From Octopus bimaculoides (taxonomy: Eukaryota): 64,000 bases of DNA. The position numbers were made by a program, and so were the translations under genes. Positions within the stretch are counted from its first letter, which is position 1. Every line of letters starts with the position of its first letter. Where the stretch lies: assembly GCF_001194135.2 (NCBI RefSeq), contig NC_068995.1, positions 36,828,777-36,892,776 on the forward strand, in the 5' to 3' direction. Under the pieces are notes generated by a model. The model was not told where the DNA came from, searched no databases, and saw only the letters and a list, made by a program, of their open reading frames with translations. This document shows, piece after piece, positions 1 to 11,835 of the stretch.

Positions 1-531
1 CAGCATGGAGAATGAACGTTAAAAAATGATGATGATGTGTAAGATATCTGTGAGTAGCACTAACACCATCTTGGATACAAGATTCGCATTCTAATGTAGA
101 GAGTATTTAGGGCTGAAGTATTTTGTTCTGTTGAGGAAGTCTGTTAGAGATTCAGTTTTAACAATTTTATAGTGAATTGGTCATTATGGATGAAACATCA
201 TTTGAGATTCGGAGATTTATCATTTGTAGTGGCTTTGAGAGTTTTAAGTTCCTATTGTGTATAGGTTTGCATGTGGGTAAAAGATAGATATACAGGTGTG
301 TATTTGCATTTTACATATTTGCATGTGATGTGTTTTGTAGTTCCTTTTAGCCAACTATTACAACTTAGACTGTGGTGGAATCTTTATTGAAAAATAAAGT
401 TCACAAAAAAACTAAATGTCTATTAGATGACAAAAACCTCTTTCTTGCATTGTCAGGTAAAAATTGTTCTTTCTCTTTTTTTTTTTTTACCCTACAATAA
501 CCTTTTGCCTATTTTTCTTCTCATTTATTAG

Positions 532-640
532 GCTGAAGATTGTCCTTACAGTCATGACTTCATACCACCAAAGAAATCCGAAATATGCAAATTCTATTTA
601 AACTCCATTTGTACAAAAGAGGGCTGTCTATTTATGCATG
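532..640 (+). CDS. ZC3H4: ZC3H4-like exon: end of one CCCH finger and a complete second finger (AEDCPYSHDFIPPKKSEICKFYLNSICTKEGCLFMH)
   Basis: ttattag acceptor, GTTAGT donor at 641; C-x7-C-x4-C-x3-H pattern. Confidence 0.93.
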
Positions 641-864
641 GTTAGTTGAAATTTAAAATTAATCAAAATTCTGTAATTTTTTATGTTTTTTATTATTCTG
701 TGACATCTTTCAAAATTAGAAGAAAAAAATAAAAAGAATAGAAAGGTAATTTTCATGCATCATTGTGTTAAATAAAATCTAATTAAGAGTATTTTGAAAT
801 TTAAAAGTAAAGTTAAAGTATTCTTCAATTTTAAAAAATATTTACTGATTTTATTTTTTCGCAG

Positions 865-974
865 GCGAGTACCCTTGTAAATATTTCCACACTGGTGCTC
901 AATGTTACCAAGGAGAAAACTGTAAATTTTCACATGAGCCACTGAACGAAGAAACAAAAATACTTCTGCAAAAG
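865..974 (+). CDS. ZC3H4: ZC3H4-like exon: CCCH finger ([37 protein letters not shown])
   Basis: ttttttcgcag acceptor, GTTAGC donor at 975; phase matches the previous exon. Confidence 0.95.
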
Positions 975-2341
975 GTTAGCTTTTTTTGTCTGATATATCA
1001 TTAAATACAATATTAATTTTTCTTAATGCTTTCATAACTTAAGGTACAGGTAGCTGTGTGGTTAAGAAGCTTGCTTCCTAACCACATGGTTCTGGGTTCC
1101 GTCCCACTGCTTGGTACCTTGGACAAGTGCCTTCTACTGTAACAATGGGATTTTACAGATGGAAACTGAAAGAAGACTGTTGTATGTGTGTATGTATGCC
1201 CCAATATTAGATTGCTTATAAGCTTTAAGCTTATAAAATATTATTATTCCTCACAGAATTGTCACTCATCACCGCTTCTCAAATCATTGCAGAAAACACA
1301 CATGCTTGTTTGTTTAAAAAAACAATACTATGAAATTATAGTTCTTAAATCTAAGGAAGAAGTGAGTGGGTATCATCCTCATCATTGTTAAACATCCACC
1401 TTCCATGCTAGCATGGGTTGGACTAGTATGTTGATGTAAATGGTAGCACATTTATCTTGAATTTACAGTGGTGTGGGTTTGAGTCCCATGCATACAGAAA
1501 ATTCACTTTTTTTTCTGTCAAGGGCTTATATGTCCCAATATTAGACTATTTACTTTAGTCAATACACGTGGTGATCACTTACAAGTTTTAAGCTTATAAA
1601 ATATTATTATTATTTACAGAATATATATATATATATATCTGTGTATATGTTTATGCATGTGTTACTATTTCCTTATTTCAGTATTGCATGATAGTTGTAA
1701 ATGAGTATCACCATCATGCAGTGCTGCCCATTATTGCCAATCTTGTTTGAAGATGTCTGGGCATGGAGAAATATTGCCTTAATTGGAAATAGGTTGAAGG
1801 TTGGCACCAGGAAGGGCATCTGGCCATAGAAAAATCCACCTCTACAAATTCCATCCAACTCATGCAAGCATGGAAAAGTGGATGTTAGAATGATGATGAT
1901 TTCATTTAAATGCTAAAGTAATCACAAATTTAGATTGGTTTCATAAAACAACAACATACATGGCCTAAATATTTTTCCAGTTTATGTTCAAACCAGCCAG
2001 ATGTGACCTCTCACACTGACCCAACAATGTCCTTCTAGAAATAAGTAATCACATCATAAAAATCTGAAAGCTGCAAAATGATGCATGATTAATTCAAAAC
2101 AATGTGAATAAATAAGCATTACATTTCACAATCTCTATGCTAAAGGGTTAGATATAAATAGGTAAATCTAGGCATTTTCAAGTGCTTTGGTAAAAGAGAC
2201 TGTTTGTGTTGTTTTGATAATGAAAATGTTAACTAAATATACTTCACAACTTGCAATATTTCATTATTAAAATTTCACTTTATAATTCAACAAAGCTAAG
2301 ATTTCTCATGATGATAAATATGTTTTTTTTTCTTCTTCTAG

Positions 2342-2384
2342 GCCCTTGATAATCGAGATGATGAAAGATCAGATGATTCTGATG
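2342..2384 (+). CDS. ZC3H4: ZC3H4-like 43-nt exon (ALDNRDDERSDDSD)
   Basis: Long pyrimidine tract plus TAG, GTAATT donor; needed to bridge phase 0 to phase 1. Confidence 0.8.
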
Positions 2385-3480
2385 GTAATTTATTTGTTTA
2401 TTTTTCTCATTTATTTATTTACATAATTATTCCTGGTGAGGTTCTTTTTAAATGATTTTTTTTTTGGTCTTGGAGAAATGGGCAGTGGATCCTCTGAGAC
2501 CAGTGAGACTGATGTAATTGAACAACTGCGAGTTAATGGCTCATGAAAAGTGTGAGCAAGGAAGGAATTTCAGAAGGTTTATGTTGTGGACAATGACTAG
2601 GAAAGGGGTTTATATGGACTTGAAGAGTACGGGGATATACACAGTATTGCTCAGGAGGGCTTGAGTGGAGGTAGTATGAGATCTACCAGCTCTGAGGAGC
2701 AGATGCCACTGTAGTAGTGTGGCTGAGCGAAGAATGGGTGGAATTTATTGGCAGTTGACTTCAAACCTATCAGTTGAGTGGCCTTTTTTTAGATCTAGGA
2801 TCTCTATGTGTAATAGTAGTAGTGTTGTCCCATTGTTGATAAGTGTATGCTAAAATGATGATGGGCCAATGCTTGTATTGCATAACTGACACTTGTGATG
2901 GTGGCATGTAAAAAGCATCCATTATACTCTTGGAGTGGTTGGCATTAGGAAGGGCATCCAATCATAGAAACAATGCCAAATCAAATTGGAACCTGGTGCA
3001 GCTTACCAGTTTCAGTCTAACCATCTAACCCATGCCAACATGGAAAGCAGATGCTAAATGATGATAATGATGCAATAACATTGTTTTCATCAAATTTCTT
3101 GTGTATTGTAAAGACATTGTTAGGGCTAGTGACTTTGTTGGATTGAAGTGACCTGAACTGCTTTTATACTTAATATGTTTATGTACTGTGATGGTGAGGT
3201 TATTGGAGTGGAGACGATTACTTATATACCGTTTCTAAGGTGTATAAGTAACTGAAATTGCAACACCTTCCTGAATGGGATGCTAGTCTGTCATAGGGTT
3301 AACTTCCCAGCTATTGTTGGAACTCATTTACAGCTGAGTGAATGGGAACAATATGAAATAAAGTGTTTTGCTTAAGAACACCATACATTGCCTGGTCCAG
3401 GAATCAAAGTTATGATCTTACAATTTTGAGTATATCTTAACCACTAGGCCATGCACCTTTACCTCTCTGGTATTCTACTG

Positions 3481-3880
3481 CATCATCATCGTTTAACGTC
3501 CGTTTTCCATGCTAGCATGGGTTGGACGGTTTGACTGAGGACTGGTGAAACCAGATGGCTACACCAGGCTCCAATCTGATTTGGCAGAGTTTCTACAGCT
3601 GGATGCCCTTCCTAACGCCAACCACTCAGAGAGTGTAGTGGGTGCTTTTACGTGTCACCCGCACAAAGGCCAGTCAGGCGGTACTGGCAACAGCCACGCT
3701 CAAAATGGTGCATTTTATGTGCCACCCGCGCAAGAGCCAGTCCAGGGGCTCTGGCAATGATCTTGCTCGAAAATCCTTACACATGTCACGGGCACAAGTG
3801 CCAGAAAGGTGACGCTGGGCACAGGTGCCATCCCGATTTCGCTTTCGCTTGCCCCAATAAGTCTTCGCAAACTAAAATAT
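3481..3880 (-). mobile_element. (GAT)n-tailed dispersed repeat 'family A' (other copies: about 4780-5065, 31440-31710, 35650-35980, 51830-52260, 55197-55280, 58375-58560, 58970-59090, 60820-60902)
   Basis: Near-identical multi-copy sequence with a CCATGCTAGCATGG palindrome next to the tail. Confidence 0.85.
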
Positions 3881-4096
3881 TTGAATTCTGTTATTTTTGT
3901 TCATTATATTTTTACAAGAATGGCTTTAACTATAATTATTGGGATTCTGAAACATAGAAACTAGAATATTTCAATACTGTAAATTACTTACATTAACTGT
4001 TGGCCGTGAAGAAATTTATGGTGTTAAGAAAAATTCATCTCTTTACTAACATTCATCGCACATTTTAAGACATCTTTAAAAAATATTTTTGTTTAG

Positions 4097-4265
4097 ATTC
4101 CCTTACACATGAAAGTTTAGAACATATGAGAGATAAAGGAGGCAACCAAGCACCTGGATCAAATGGAGGAAGCAAGAAGATACCTTCTTTGTTTGATATC
4201 AAAGTCTACCCACCTGGTCAGAGTCCTAAAAAGCCACAAGGTTCTACTGTACAGCCACCTGGCAG
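4097..4265 (+). CDS. ZC3H4: ZC3H4-like exon with the KKIPSLFDIKVYPPGQ motif
   Basis: tttgtttag acceptor, GTAAGG donor; PSLF[DE]I motif conserved in ZC3H4/6. Confidence 0.9.
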
Positions 4266-4614
4266 GTAAGGCACGAGTTAAAAATATAAATTCAGATAAT
4301 ATGCTTGCATTATAATCTAGTCTTAAATGTTTTGATTTCAAAAATATTTTCAGTTTGGTGATATAACAAATTTTTTTTTCAATCAAAATTCACATATTAG
4401 AATGATTGGCATGTTTTATGTAGTCTCCACTTTGAAAAACTAAAATTTCAGCTATGTCTGAAATATTATTTGTTCATATTGGTAATGAGTTCCATAATAT
4501 ACTGATTGATTTTTGTGACATGAAGTCTATTCTTTATTTTTAGATATTGAAGAAATATCTGTAAATCTGTCCACAAAACAAAACAAACCTCATAAAACAA
4601 CATTTGTACTCTAA

Positions 4615-4778
4615 CCCTTTAATATTCAGACTGACCATATCAGCCCAGATATTCTTCCTGTTTTATATTCAAACTGACCAGATCAGGTCTCTCACATCTA
4701 CCCGACAATGTTATTCTTAAAATAAACAATCACATCATTGATATCTTGAAGCTAAAAGATAATGCATGATTAATTGAG

Positions 4779-4811
<33 letters not shown>

Positions 4812-5114
4812 GTTTAACGTCCGCTTTTCATGCTAGCATGGGTTGGACGATTTGACTGAGGACTGGTGAAACCAGATGGCTACACCAGGCTCCAATCTGA
4901 TTTGGCAGAGTTTCTACAGCTGGATGCCCTTCCTAAACGCCAACCACTCAGAGAGTGTAGTGGGTGCTTTTATGTGTCACCCGCACGAAGGCCAGTCAGG
5001 CGGTACTGGCAACGGCCACGCTCAAAATGGTGCATTTTATGTGCCACCCGCACAAGAGCCAATCCTTGAATAAATAAACATAACATTTGACAGAGTGATT
5101 TGAATGTCAAAGGG
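4615..5114. mobile_element. piggyBac-like MITE interrupted by a (CAT)n-tailed repeat (about 4780-5065); a second partial copy lies at about 1965-2150
   Basis: (C/T)TAA-CCCTTT...AAAGGG-TTAA ends; internal sequence shared with 1965-2150. Confidence 0.7.
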
Positions 5115-5226
5115 TTAAATTAGAAGCTGATATGTGCTTTATGTGAATTATTGTATGTTTTATGGGAGAGTTCTTTTGTAGTTCATTATTTAAACAATTG
5201 TTTTTGTTTTTTTACATCTGTTTCAG

Positions 5227-5513
5227 GCCTGGTTTTTACAAAGATGCTTTGTCTCTGTCACCATCTGGGAATTCTTCTTGTTCATTGCCTCCATCTGGTG
5301 CAGGTATTGGAGGATTAGGCTCTGTGTCAATTCGTCCTCCAATTGGATCTCCTGGGCATTCCTCTTTTATTGGTTCTCGCCAAACACCAGGGGATTGTCC
5401 TCCCCAGCAGCAACAGACACCTCCACAACTTGGCTGCAGCCCACCACATCCTCAACAGTCTGTTATGATTGGTTCAAATTATCCTGATGACAAGAATGTT
5501 CCTCAACCATTAG
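5227..5513 (+). CDS. ZC3H4: ZC3H4-like exon, Pro/Ser/Gly/Gln-rich (RPGFYKDALS...VPQPL)
   Basis: tgtttcag acceptor, GTATAT donor; lies within ORF 5162-5521; phases fit. Confidence 0.87.
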
Positions 5514-6192
5514 GTATATAACTTGTTTCCCATAAATGTTCACCTTTTTCATGTTTCTCGTTATCATTGTGATGGGGTCAATTTGCTTTGCTGTTCTTTT
5601 GAATGTAGCCAAAAGTATTAAATTAACTATGTTGAATGCAAGCTGATACTTGTAAGTGTGCAAATAAATATATTGTTAAAGGTGTTGTTTTTTAATTAAC
5701 AGAGGAAGGTAAATGAACATTTAATGTAGATTTAATGACCACTGCATTTTGGCGCTTAATTCTTTTCTTGTCTGCAGATTGACCATTTTCAGACATGTCA
5801 GTATTAGGTTCAAGTAACTGTTAATGTTTTGGAAACATTTTGTCAATACTTATTGAAAATCCTGAAGTTAAGCTTCATATTGTATGATAGTTTGTAAATC
5901 ACCTAAAATAAGAATTCACTAATAAAAGCTGTTGAAAAATATATCATTTCTTTTGATGGAAAAAGAATAAGGTTATTACTTCACCGTTTAGTATAAATAT
6001 TGTTAATAAAGTTAGCTGCTGCTGATTTTTTTTTCAGTTAAATCCATCAGTTAAATATTGATTTGTTTTTGTAATAGCTTTATAATTGTGTTATAAAATT
6101 TATCTTGTCCTTTTTTTCAAGTTTTCTATATTAAACTGAAAAGTTTAAATTAGGCTAGAAATTGTTCACTTGTTTTAATAACAGTACTGTAA

Positions 6193-6332
6193 TTACCTTA
6201 ACATTAGTTTTAAAATGCTCTTACCTTAACATTAGTTTTAAAATGCTCTTACCTTAACATTAGTTTTAAAATGCTCTTACCTTAACATTAGTTTTAAAAT
6301 GCTCTTACCTTAGCATTAGTTTTAAAATGCTC
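6193..6332. repeat. Minisatellite, 5 x 28 bp (TTACCTTAACATTAGTTTTAAAATGCTC)
   Basis: Units start at 6193, 6221, 6249, 6277 and 6305; one substitution in the last unit. Confidence 0.97.
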
Positions 6333-6477
6333 TTTTTGCCTATGACAATATTTAGGATGAAATATCAGAATGTCTTTAAATGTTTTAAGGTAAATGTTGT
6401 CTTTTGTTGTTATCTGTTCCCAACTGCATTGCTGTGGTTTTCTATAATCATATTTATTGATGTATTTTCTTGTTTAG

Positions 6478-6699
6478 ATAACCTTCATCATCCTTTACAT
6501 CATCCATTTCATCATCGTCATGGAGCGTTAGAAGATCGGCATAACACCGATGAAGAAAAAGAAGAACGAAAACAAGTTCCTATTGAAATTCCCTCCCATT
6601 TACCTCCCAAACAAAAAGAGTTGTTTATGCGGATTCAACAGCAACACCAGCTTGCAGCAACGACCACAGAGAATACGGATGTCAGAGATGATGCAAAAC
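6478..6699 (+). CDS. ZC3H4: ZC3H4-like exon (His-rich stretch; LPPKQKELFMRIQQQ)
   Basis: ttcttgtttag acceptor, GTAATT donor at 6700; motif resembles ZC3H4 'P.Q..LF.RIQQ'. Confidence 0.9.
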
Positions 6700-8155
6700 G
6701 TAATTCTTTTTTTTTTTTTCACTTGTTTTAGTCAGACTGTGGCCATGCTGGGACACTGCCTTGAAGGATTTTAGCTGAATGTATTGACTTCCATACTTGA
6801 TTAATTCTTTTTTTTAAGCCTGATACTTATTCTGTTGGTCTCTTTTGCCAAACTGCTTAGTTATGGGGACATAAACACACCAACACCGGTTGTCAAGTAG
6901 TAGTGGGGACACACACACATCTACTACAGTCTTCTTTCAGTTTCTGTTTACCAAGTCCACTCTCAAGGCCTTGGTCAGCCCAAGGCTATAGTAGAAGACA
7001 GTTGCCCAAGTTGTCACACAGTGGGACTGAACCCAGAACCATGTGGTTGGGAAACAATCTTCTTAGCATACAGCCACACTTGCACTAAGTCTGGTTAGTC
7101 TTTCTTTGAATTGATTTTTTAAAAACTGAATTATATGTATGATGGTTTCTATTAGGTGTAGATGCTGAGATAATTAAATGTCTTGAGAATTCAACACCGT
7201 ATTTAGTTGTGTGTTTCTTGATTCCAGGTTCAAAATCCACATTGTTCTTCATGTTTCCTACTTCAATGCTGTTATTGATTTGCCTCAGATCAGCTTGAAT
7301 CAAGCAGATCTACATATTCAAAGGAATTCTAGAAAATATATCTAAAAGTTTTTTCCCCCCTTTTTAAAATAGCAAGGTATAGTTTGAGTGAGATTTGACT
7401 GCTATTTTTAGTAGATCTTGAAACCACATAGAGACCTTGTTGGTTTCAGTATATTTGAAATGGAGTGTATTCCTCTCACTTTCATCTTTTGACCTTGTGT
7501 CTAAGTTAGAAATCATTATTTACATTTATCCCCACTTAAAATGGATGTTCTGTTTGAACAAGCTTTACTGCAGGAGATATGAGGAGAGAAACTCTCATAT
7601 TGGCTTTTGGTGCAAAATGCTCTCTTGTTTATATTGCTAGCGGGGAGATAAATCCCCACCACCTCCAACACCGAGACTGTTGGATCATGTGATTTCATCC
7701 TCCTTTGGTTTTGTCAATGATGGATGCTTGACTGCTAGAGATGGCAAGGGCTCATCTCCCTGCCAGTGATATACAGAACAACAGTGCCAGAACAAGTGCT
7801 GGTGTTCCAGTGAGCTTGTTAAGAAACCTATATTAGCGACAGAAGCAGTTTTAATACTGAGAGGTAATACTTATCCTCACTTAAATGTGAATGTTCTGTT
7901 AGAATAAACTTTACTGCAGTAGATACCATATATATATGTATATATATATATATATATGTTACCTGAACTGAAAGCATGTGGTGGCTAGGTGAACTCTCTT
8001 GCAATATATTACTGAATCTTATTTTTTAAGTTTAAGCAGGATTTGAACTTCTAAATATAAATTGATACCGTAGAATATCTAATAGCAGGGTATAGTTTTT
8101 TCCTGTTATGGCAACTACAATTTTTTATAATATAATTTACTCATTCTGCCAGTGG

Positions 8156-8197
<42 letters not shown>

Positions 8198-9159
8198 TAT
8201 CATCTTCGAAACGCCTAGTTTAGAATAGAGGCAGCTGATGAAGGAAAAGTTCCATAAGTGGCTCGTCTGTTTTCCTATGTGTTAATTCTGTTGTCCGTAA
8301 AAAAAAAGTTCGTTTTTTGTGCTTTGTTTATGTTCCTGTTCTTTTTTTGACGTCCTGTACCCGGATATGCATCTATATATACATGTAGATGTAGGTATGT
8401 GCATATATGTATGTATACATGCATATGCTCATATATCATTTGTATTATATATATATACATGTGTGTGAATGTACGTATATATAAAATAATGTAACAGACA
8501 CACTGCCTATTCTTGTAAGGAAGATAACTTTATTATCACAATGAATCAAAAGTTAGTTCCCTTTACTACGAATGTCATTATAAGGTGCGATTTGCCTCAT
8601 CCTCTCAACCTTGCCATTTTTATTTTGTGGCTATATTTCTAATAAGCAGACTACCATTTTTCATTTTCCAATGTAATCAAGATTATGGAGTGGTTCAGTA
8701 AAATGTACATCATCATGATCATGATCATCATCATCATCATCACATGCTTGAGTCAAAAGCAACTTCTCAAAGCAGTATTTTGATGGCTAGATGCCTTTCC
8801 TGTTGCCAGCTATCATCTCTGTTTCCAGGCAGAGTAATATTTCCTCATGGCCAGACATGTTTTACAAGGATGATTGGAAACAAGGGACACCATATGTTGA
8901 TGACACTTGTTTGCAAACATTGAGCAACACTGGCAACAGGAAAGGCATCTAGGAGACACCAACACATGCACATGATCGCACTGCAGACCTCTTTCAGTTG
9001 CTGTCTACCACATCCACCTACAAAGCTTTGGTCAGCCTGACACTATAAGAAAAGGATACTTGCCCAAGACACCATGCTGTGGAACTGATTCCAAAATCAC
9101 ATGGTTAGGAAACAAACTTCTTAACATGCAGCCTTTACCATATATATATATATATATAT

Positions 9160-10002
9160 ACTGCTGAGGACATACGTAAGCTCGCAAGGAATGAAGCCAG
9201 TATGCTCCGTTGGATGTGTAATGTCAATGTGAATACCCGTCAGAGTGTAAGTATCTTGAGAGAAAAGCTGAACATCAGAAGCATCAGTTGTGGCGTGCAA
9301 GAGAGACGATTGCGCTGGTATGGACATGTGGTGAGAATGGAGGAGGATAGCTGCGTGAAAAAGTGCCACACCCTAACAGTTGAGGGAACCCGTGCAAGAG
9401 GTAGGCCNNNNNNNNNNNNNNNNNNNNNNNNNNNNNNNNNNNNNNNNNNNNNNNNNNNNNNNNNNNNNNNNNNNNNNNNNNNNNNNNNNNNNNNNNNNNN
9501 NNNNNNNNNNNNNNNNNNNNNNNNNNNNNNNNNNNNNNNNNNNNNNNNNNNNNNNNNNNNNNNNNNNNNNNNNNNNNNNNNNNNNNNNNNNNNNNNNNNN
9601 NNNNNNNNNNNNNNNNNNNNNNNNNNNNNNNNNNNNNNNNNNNNNNNNNNNNNNNNNNNNNNNNNNNNNNNNNNNNNNNNNNNNNNNNNNNNNNNNNNNN
9701 NNNNNNNNNNNNNNNNNNNNNNNNNNNNNNNNNNNNNNNNNNNNNNNNNNNNNNNNNNNNNNNNNNNNNNNNNNNNGTGGCACATAAAAGACACCATTTC
9801 GAGCGTGGCCGTTTTCGTGCGGGTGACACGTAAAAGCACCCACTACACTCTCTGAGTGGTTGGCGTTAGGAAGGGCATCCAGCTGTAGAAACTCTGCCAA
9901 ATCAGACTGGAGCCTGGTGTTGCCATCCGGTTTCACCAGTCCTCAGTCAAATCGTCCAACCCATGCTAGCATGGAAAGCGGACGTTAAACGATGATGATG
10001 AT
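9160..10002 (+). mobile_element. RTE-clade LINE 3' end: ORF C-terminus (9160-9407), gap, then (GAT)n-tailed 3' region (9777-10002)
   Basis: ARNEASMLRWMCNV...QERRLRWYGHVVRM...GRP; 5'-truncated at (TA)n; continuity across the gap is inferred. Confidence 0.82.
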
Positions 10003-10291
10003 ACAAAGTATAAACATTCACACACAGATACACAAACACACACATGCACGTACACACACATATAATCCACACACACAAACATACATTGTATCTGCCAACA
10101 TTATGGCGTAATTCTGAGGCCCCCGAAACAGCTGCCAAACCTGAAATACCCCATCTTCTCCCCTTTGTTTTTCTGTCTTTCTACTCTGTGTAAATCTGCT
10201 CTGTTAATATTTAAATAGCTATATATTTATACAAGAATGTTCATTGCCTGAATATCTTCAGCCTTTTGAAATTTATTGTTTTCTTTTGTAG

Positions 10292-10386
10292 TTGATGATA
10301 TTGATGACTGGTATTCAAGTGATGAAGATGAAGATGGAGAAGGTGGCCCAAAGTTAGCTGAAATCTTAAAAAACCTTAATAAACAG
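10292..10386 (+). CDS. ZC3H4: ZC3H4-like exon (DDIDDWYSSDEDEDGEGGPKLAEILKNLNKQ)
   Basis: ttcttttgtag acceptor, GTATGT donor; WYSSDE[DE] motif typical of ZC3H4/6. Confidence 0.93.
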
Positions 10387-11190
10387 GTATGTACATTAAT
10401 TAGGCTGACAGAACATAGAAAAGTTGGTGTTAAAATGATGATGAAGATGATGATGATGATCATCATTAGACTGCAATAATACTGGGGCACTACCTTAAAG
10501 AGTTTGATCAATCAAAAAATCCACTTCTGTGCATATTTTAAGTTTGGTATTTATTCTATCTGTGTCTTATTGAACTGCTAAGTTATAGGGGTATAAACAA
10601 ACTGATACCAGTTATCAAGTGGTGAAAGACAACTACAAAAACATACATGCATGTGCACCCCCCCCACACCTCCCTCCCCAGAATAGACATATTTTGATAT
10701 TTGCATTTTCAAACCCCTCCCTCCTTTCTTATATACTTCACCTCCTTCTCCTCCAGTATCCCCCAGCCCAGTTTCTGACCCTTTGCCATTTCCTTTTGTC
10801 CTTCCCCATTTTTTTTATACAATGAATATTTCACAAATGCATGTACACATGACTGGCTTTTACACATATTCTGTGTACAAAATTCTTCTGGTGTCGGTCA
10901 CCTTGAGTCTATGTTAAAAAAAAAAACACTTGTTCAAGGTGCCACATATTGAAATTGAACATGGAACCACTTGGTTCTGGAGCAAGCTTTTTAACCACAC
11001 AGTGATTCTTCTCTGTTGTTTCTTAGTAACTTGTAGACTTTTACTGGTGTAAGCAATCAGTATAACAAAAACACCAAATAGTTTGTGTTGAAAATATTAT
11101 TTGTCTGGATGAAGAAATAAATACATGCTAAATTCTATTTTCTCTATTGTATGTTTCATGGCTTTTAAAATTTTTATTCTGTCTCCTTAG

Positions 11191-11489
11191 CCTCCTGAAC
11201 CACCAGTTCAACCCCAGCCTGACATTTCCAACAACTCCACTTTAAATATCATGCAAATGATTAATGCTATACGTGGGCAGCCAGCAGTCACATCTGCAGG
11301 AGCAGGCGGATCATCACAAACAACAGTCTCTACTACTAGTACAATAGTTACTACTAGTAATAACAGTAATAGTAGTAGTAGTAATAATAATAGTAGTAGT
11401 AGTGTTGGCACTAGTACTTGTTCTAGTTCATCTGCTACATCTACTGTGTCAGCTACTGGCAGTGCAGCTTCATCTACCTCAAACACAAG
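11191..11489 (+). CDS. ZC3H4: ZC3H4-like exon, Ser/Thr-rich low complexity
   Basis: tctccttag acceptor, GTATTT donor; open frame, phase 0 to 2. Confidence 0.85.
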
Positions 11490-11538
11490 GTATTTACTTA
11501 TTTCTTACTTGTTTCTTTTGTGCTATTCATGTTGGGAA

Positions 11539-11835
11539 GGGGCATGGATGGCTTGGTGGTTAGGATATTTGGCTTACGATAGTAAGGTTGTGAGTTCAAT
11601 TCCCAGCGACGCATTTTGTCCTTGAGCAAGATGCACATGTTGCTCCAGTCCACTCAGCCGGTGAAAATATGTAGTACCTGTATTTTTAAAGGGCCAGCCT
11701 TGTCACACTCTGTGTCATGCTGAATCTCCTTGAGAACTACATTAAGGGTGCACATGTCTGTGGTGTTGTCAGCCATGTGCATGTTAATTTCGGATCATCC
11801 AGAACCCTTGTCAATGTAACTGACGGAGTGTCACT
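11539..11835 (+). mobile_element. tRNA-head SINE sharing its 3' tail with family D but with a different middle section
   Basis: 3' part from about 11690 matches the reverse complement of 20026-20200; a related split copy lies at 29996-30440 (-). Confidence 0.75.

Noticed and set aside
3545-5073. Recurrent ORFs 'MKPDGYTRLQSDLAEFLQLDALP...'
   Set aside because: Chance frames within multi-copy family A repeats; no domain and frames are not preserved between copies
6193-6332. Regular repeat array considered as CRISPR-like
   Set aside because: The units are contiguous with no spacers, in a eukaryotic intron; it is a minisatellite
8201-8275. CTGATGA-A-GGAA-AAG-TTCC hammerhead-like start, with an upstream GAAAC
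   Set aside because: Followed by ATAAG rather than GAAA, and stem I cannot form in either type I or type II topology; at best a heavily decayed relic
10114-10136. CCCC-GAAAC-AGCT-GC resembling the 3' half of a hammerhead
   Set aside because: The CUGANGA and the 5' strand of stem II are missing
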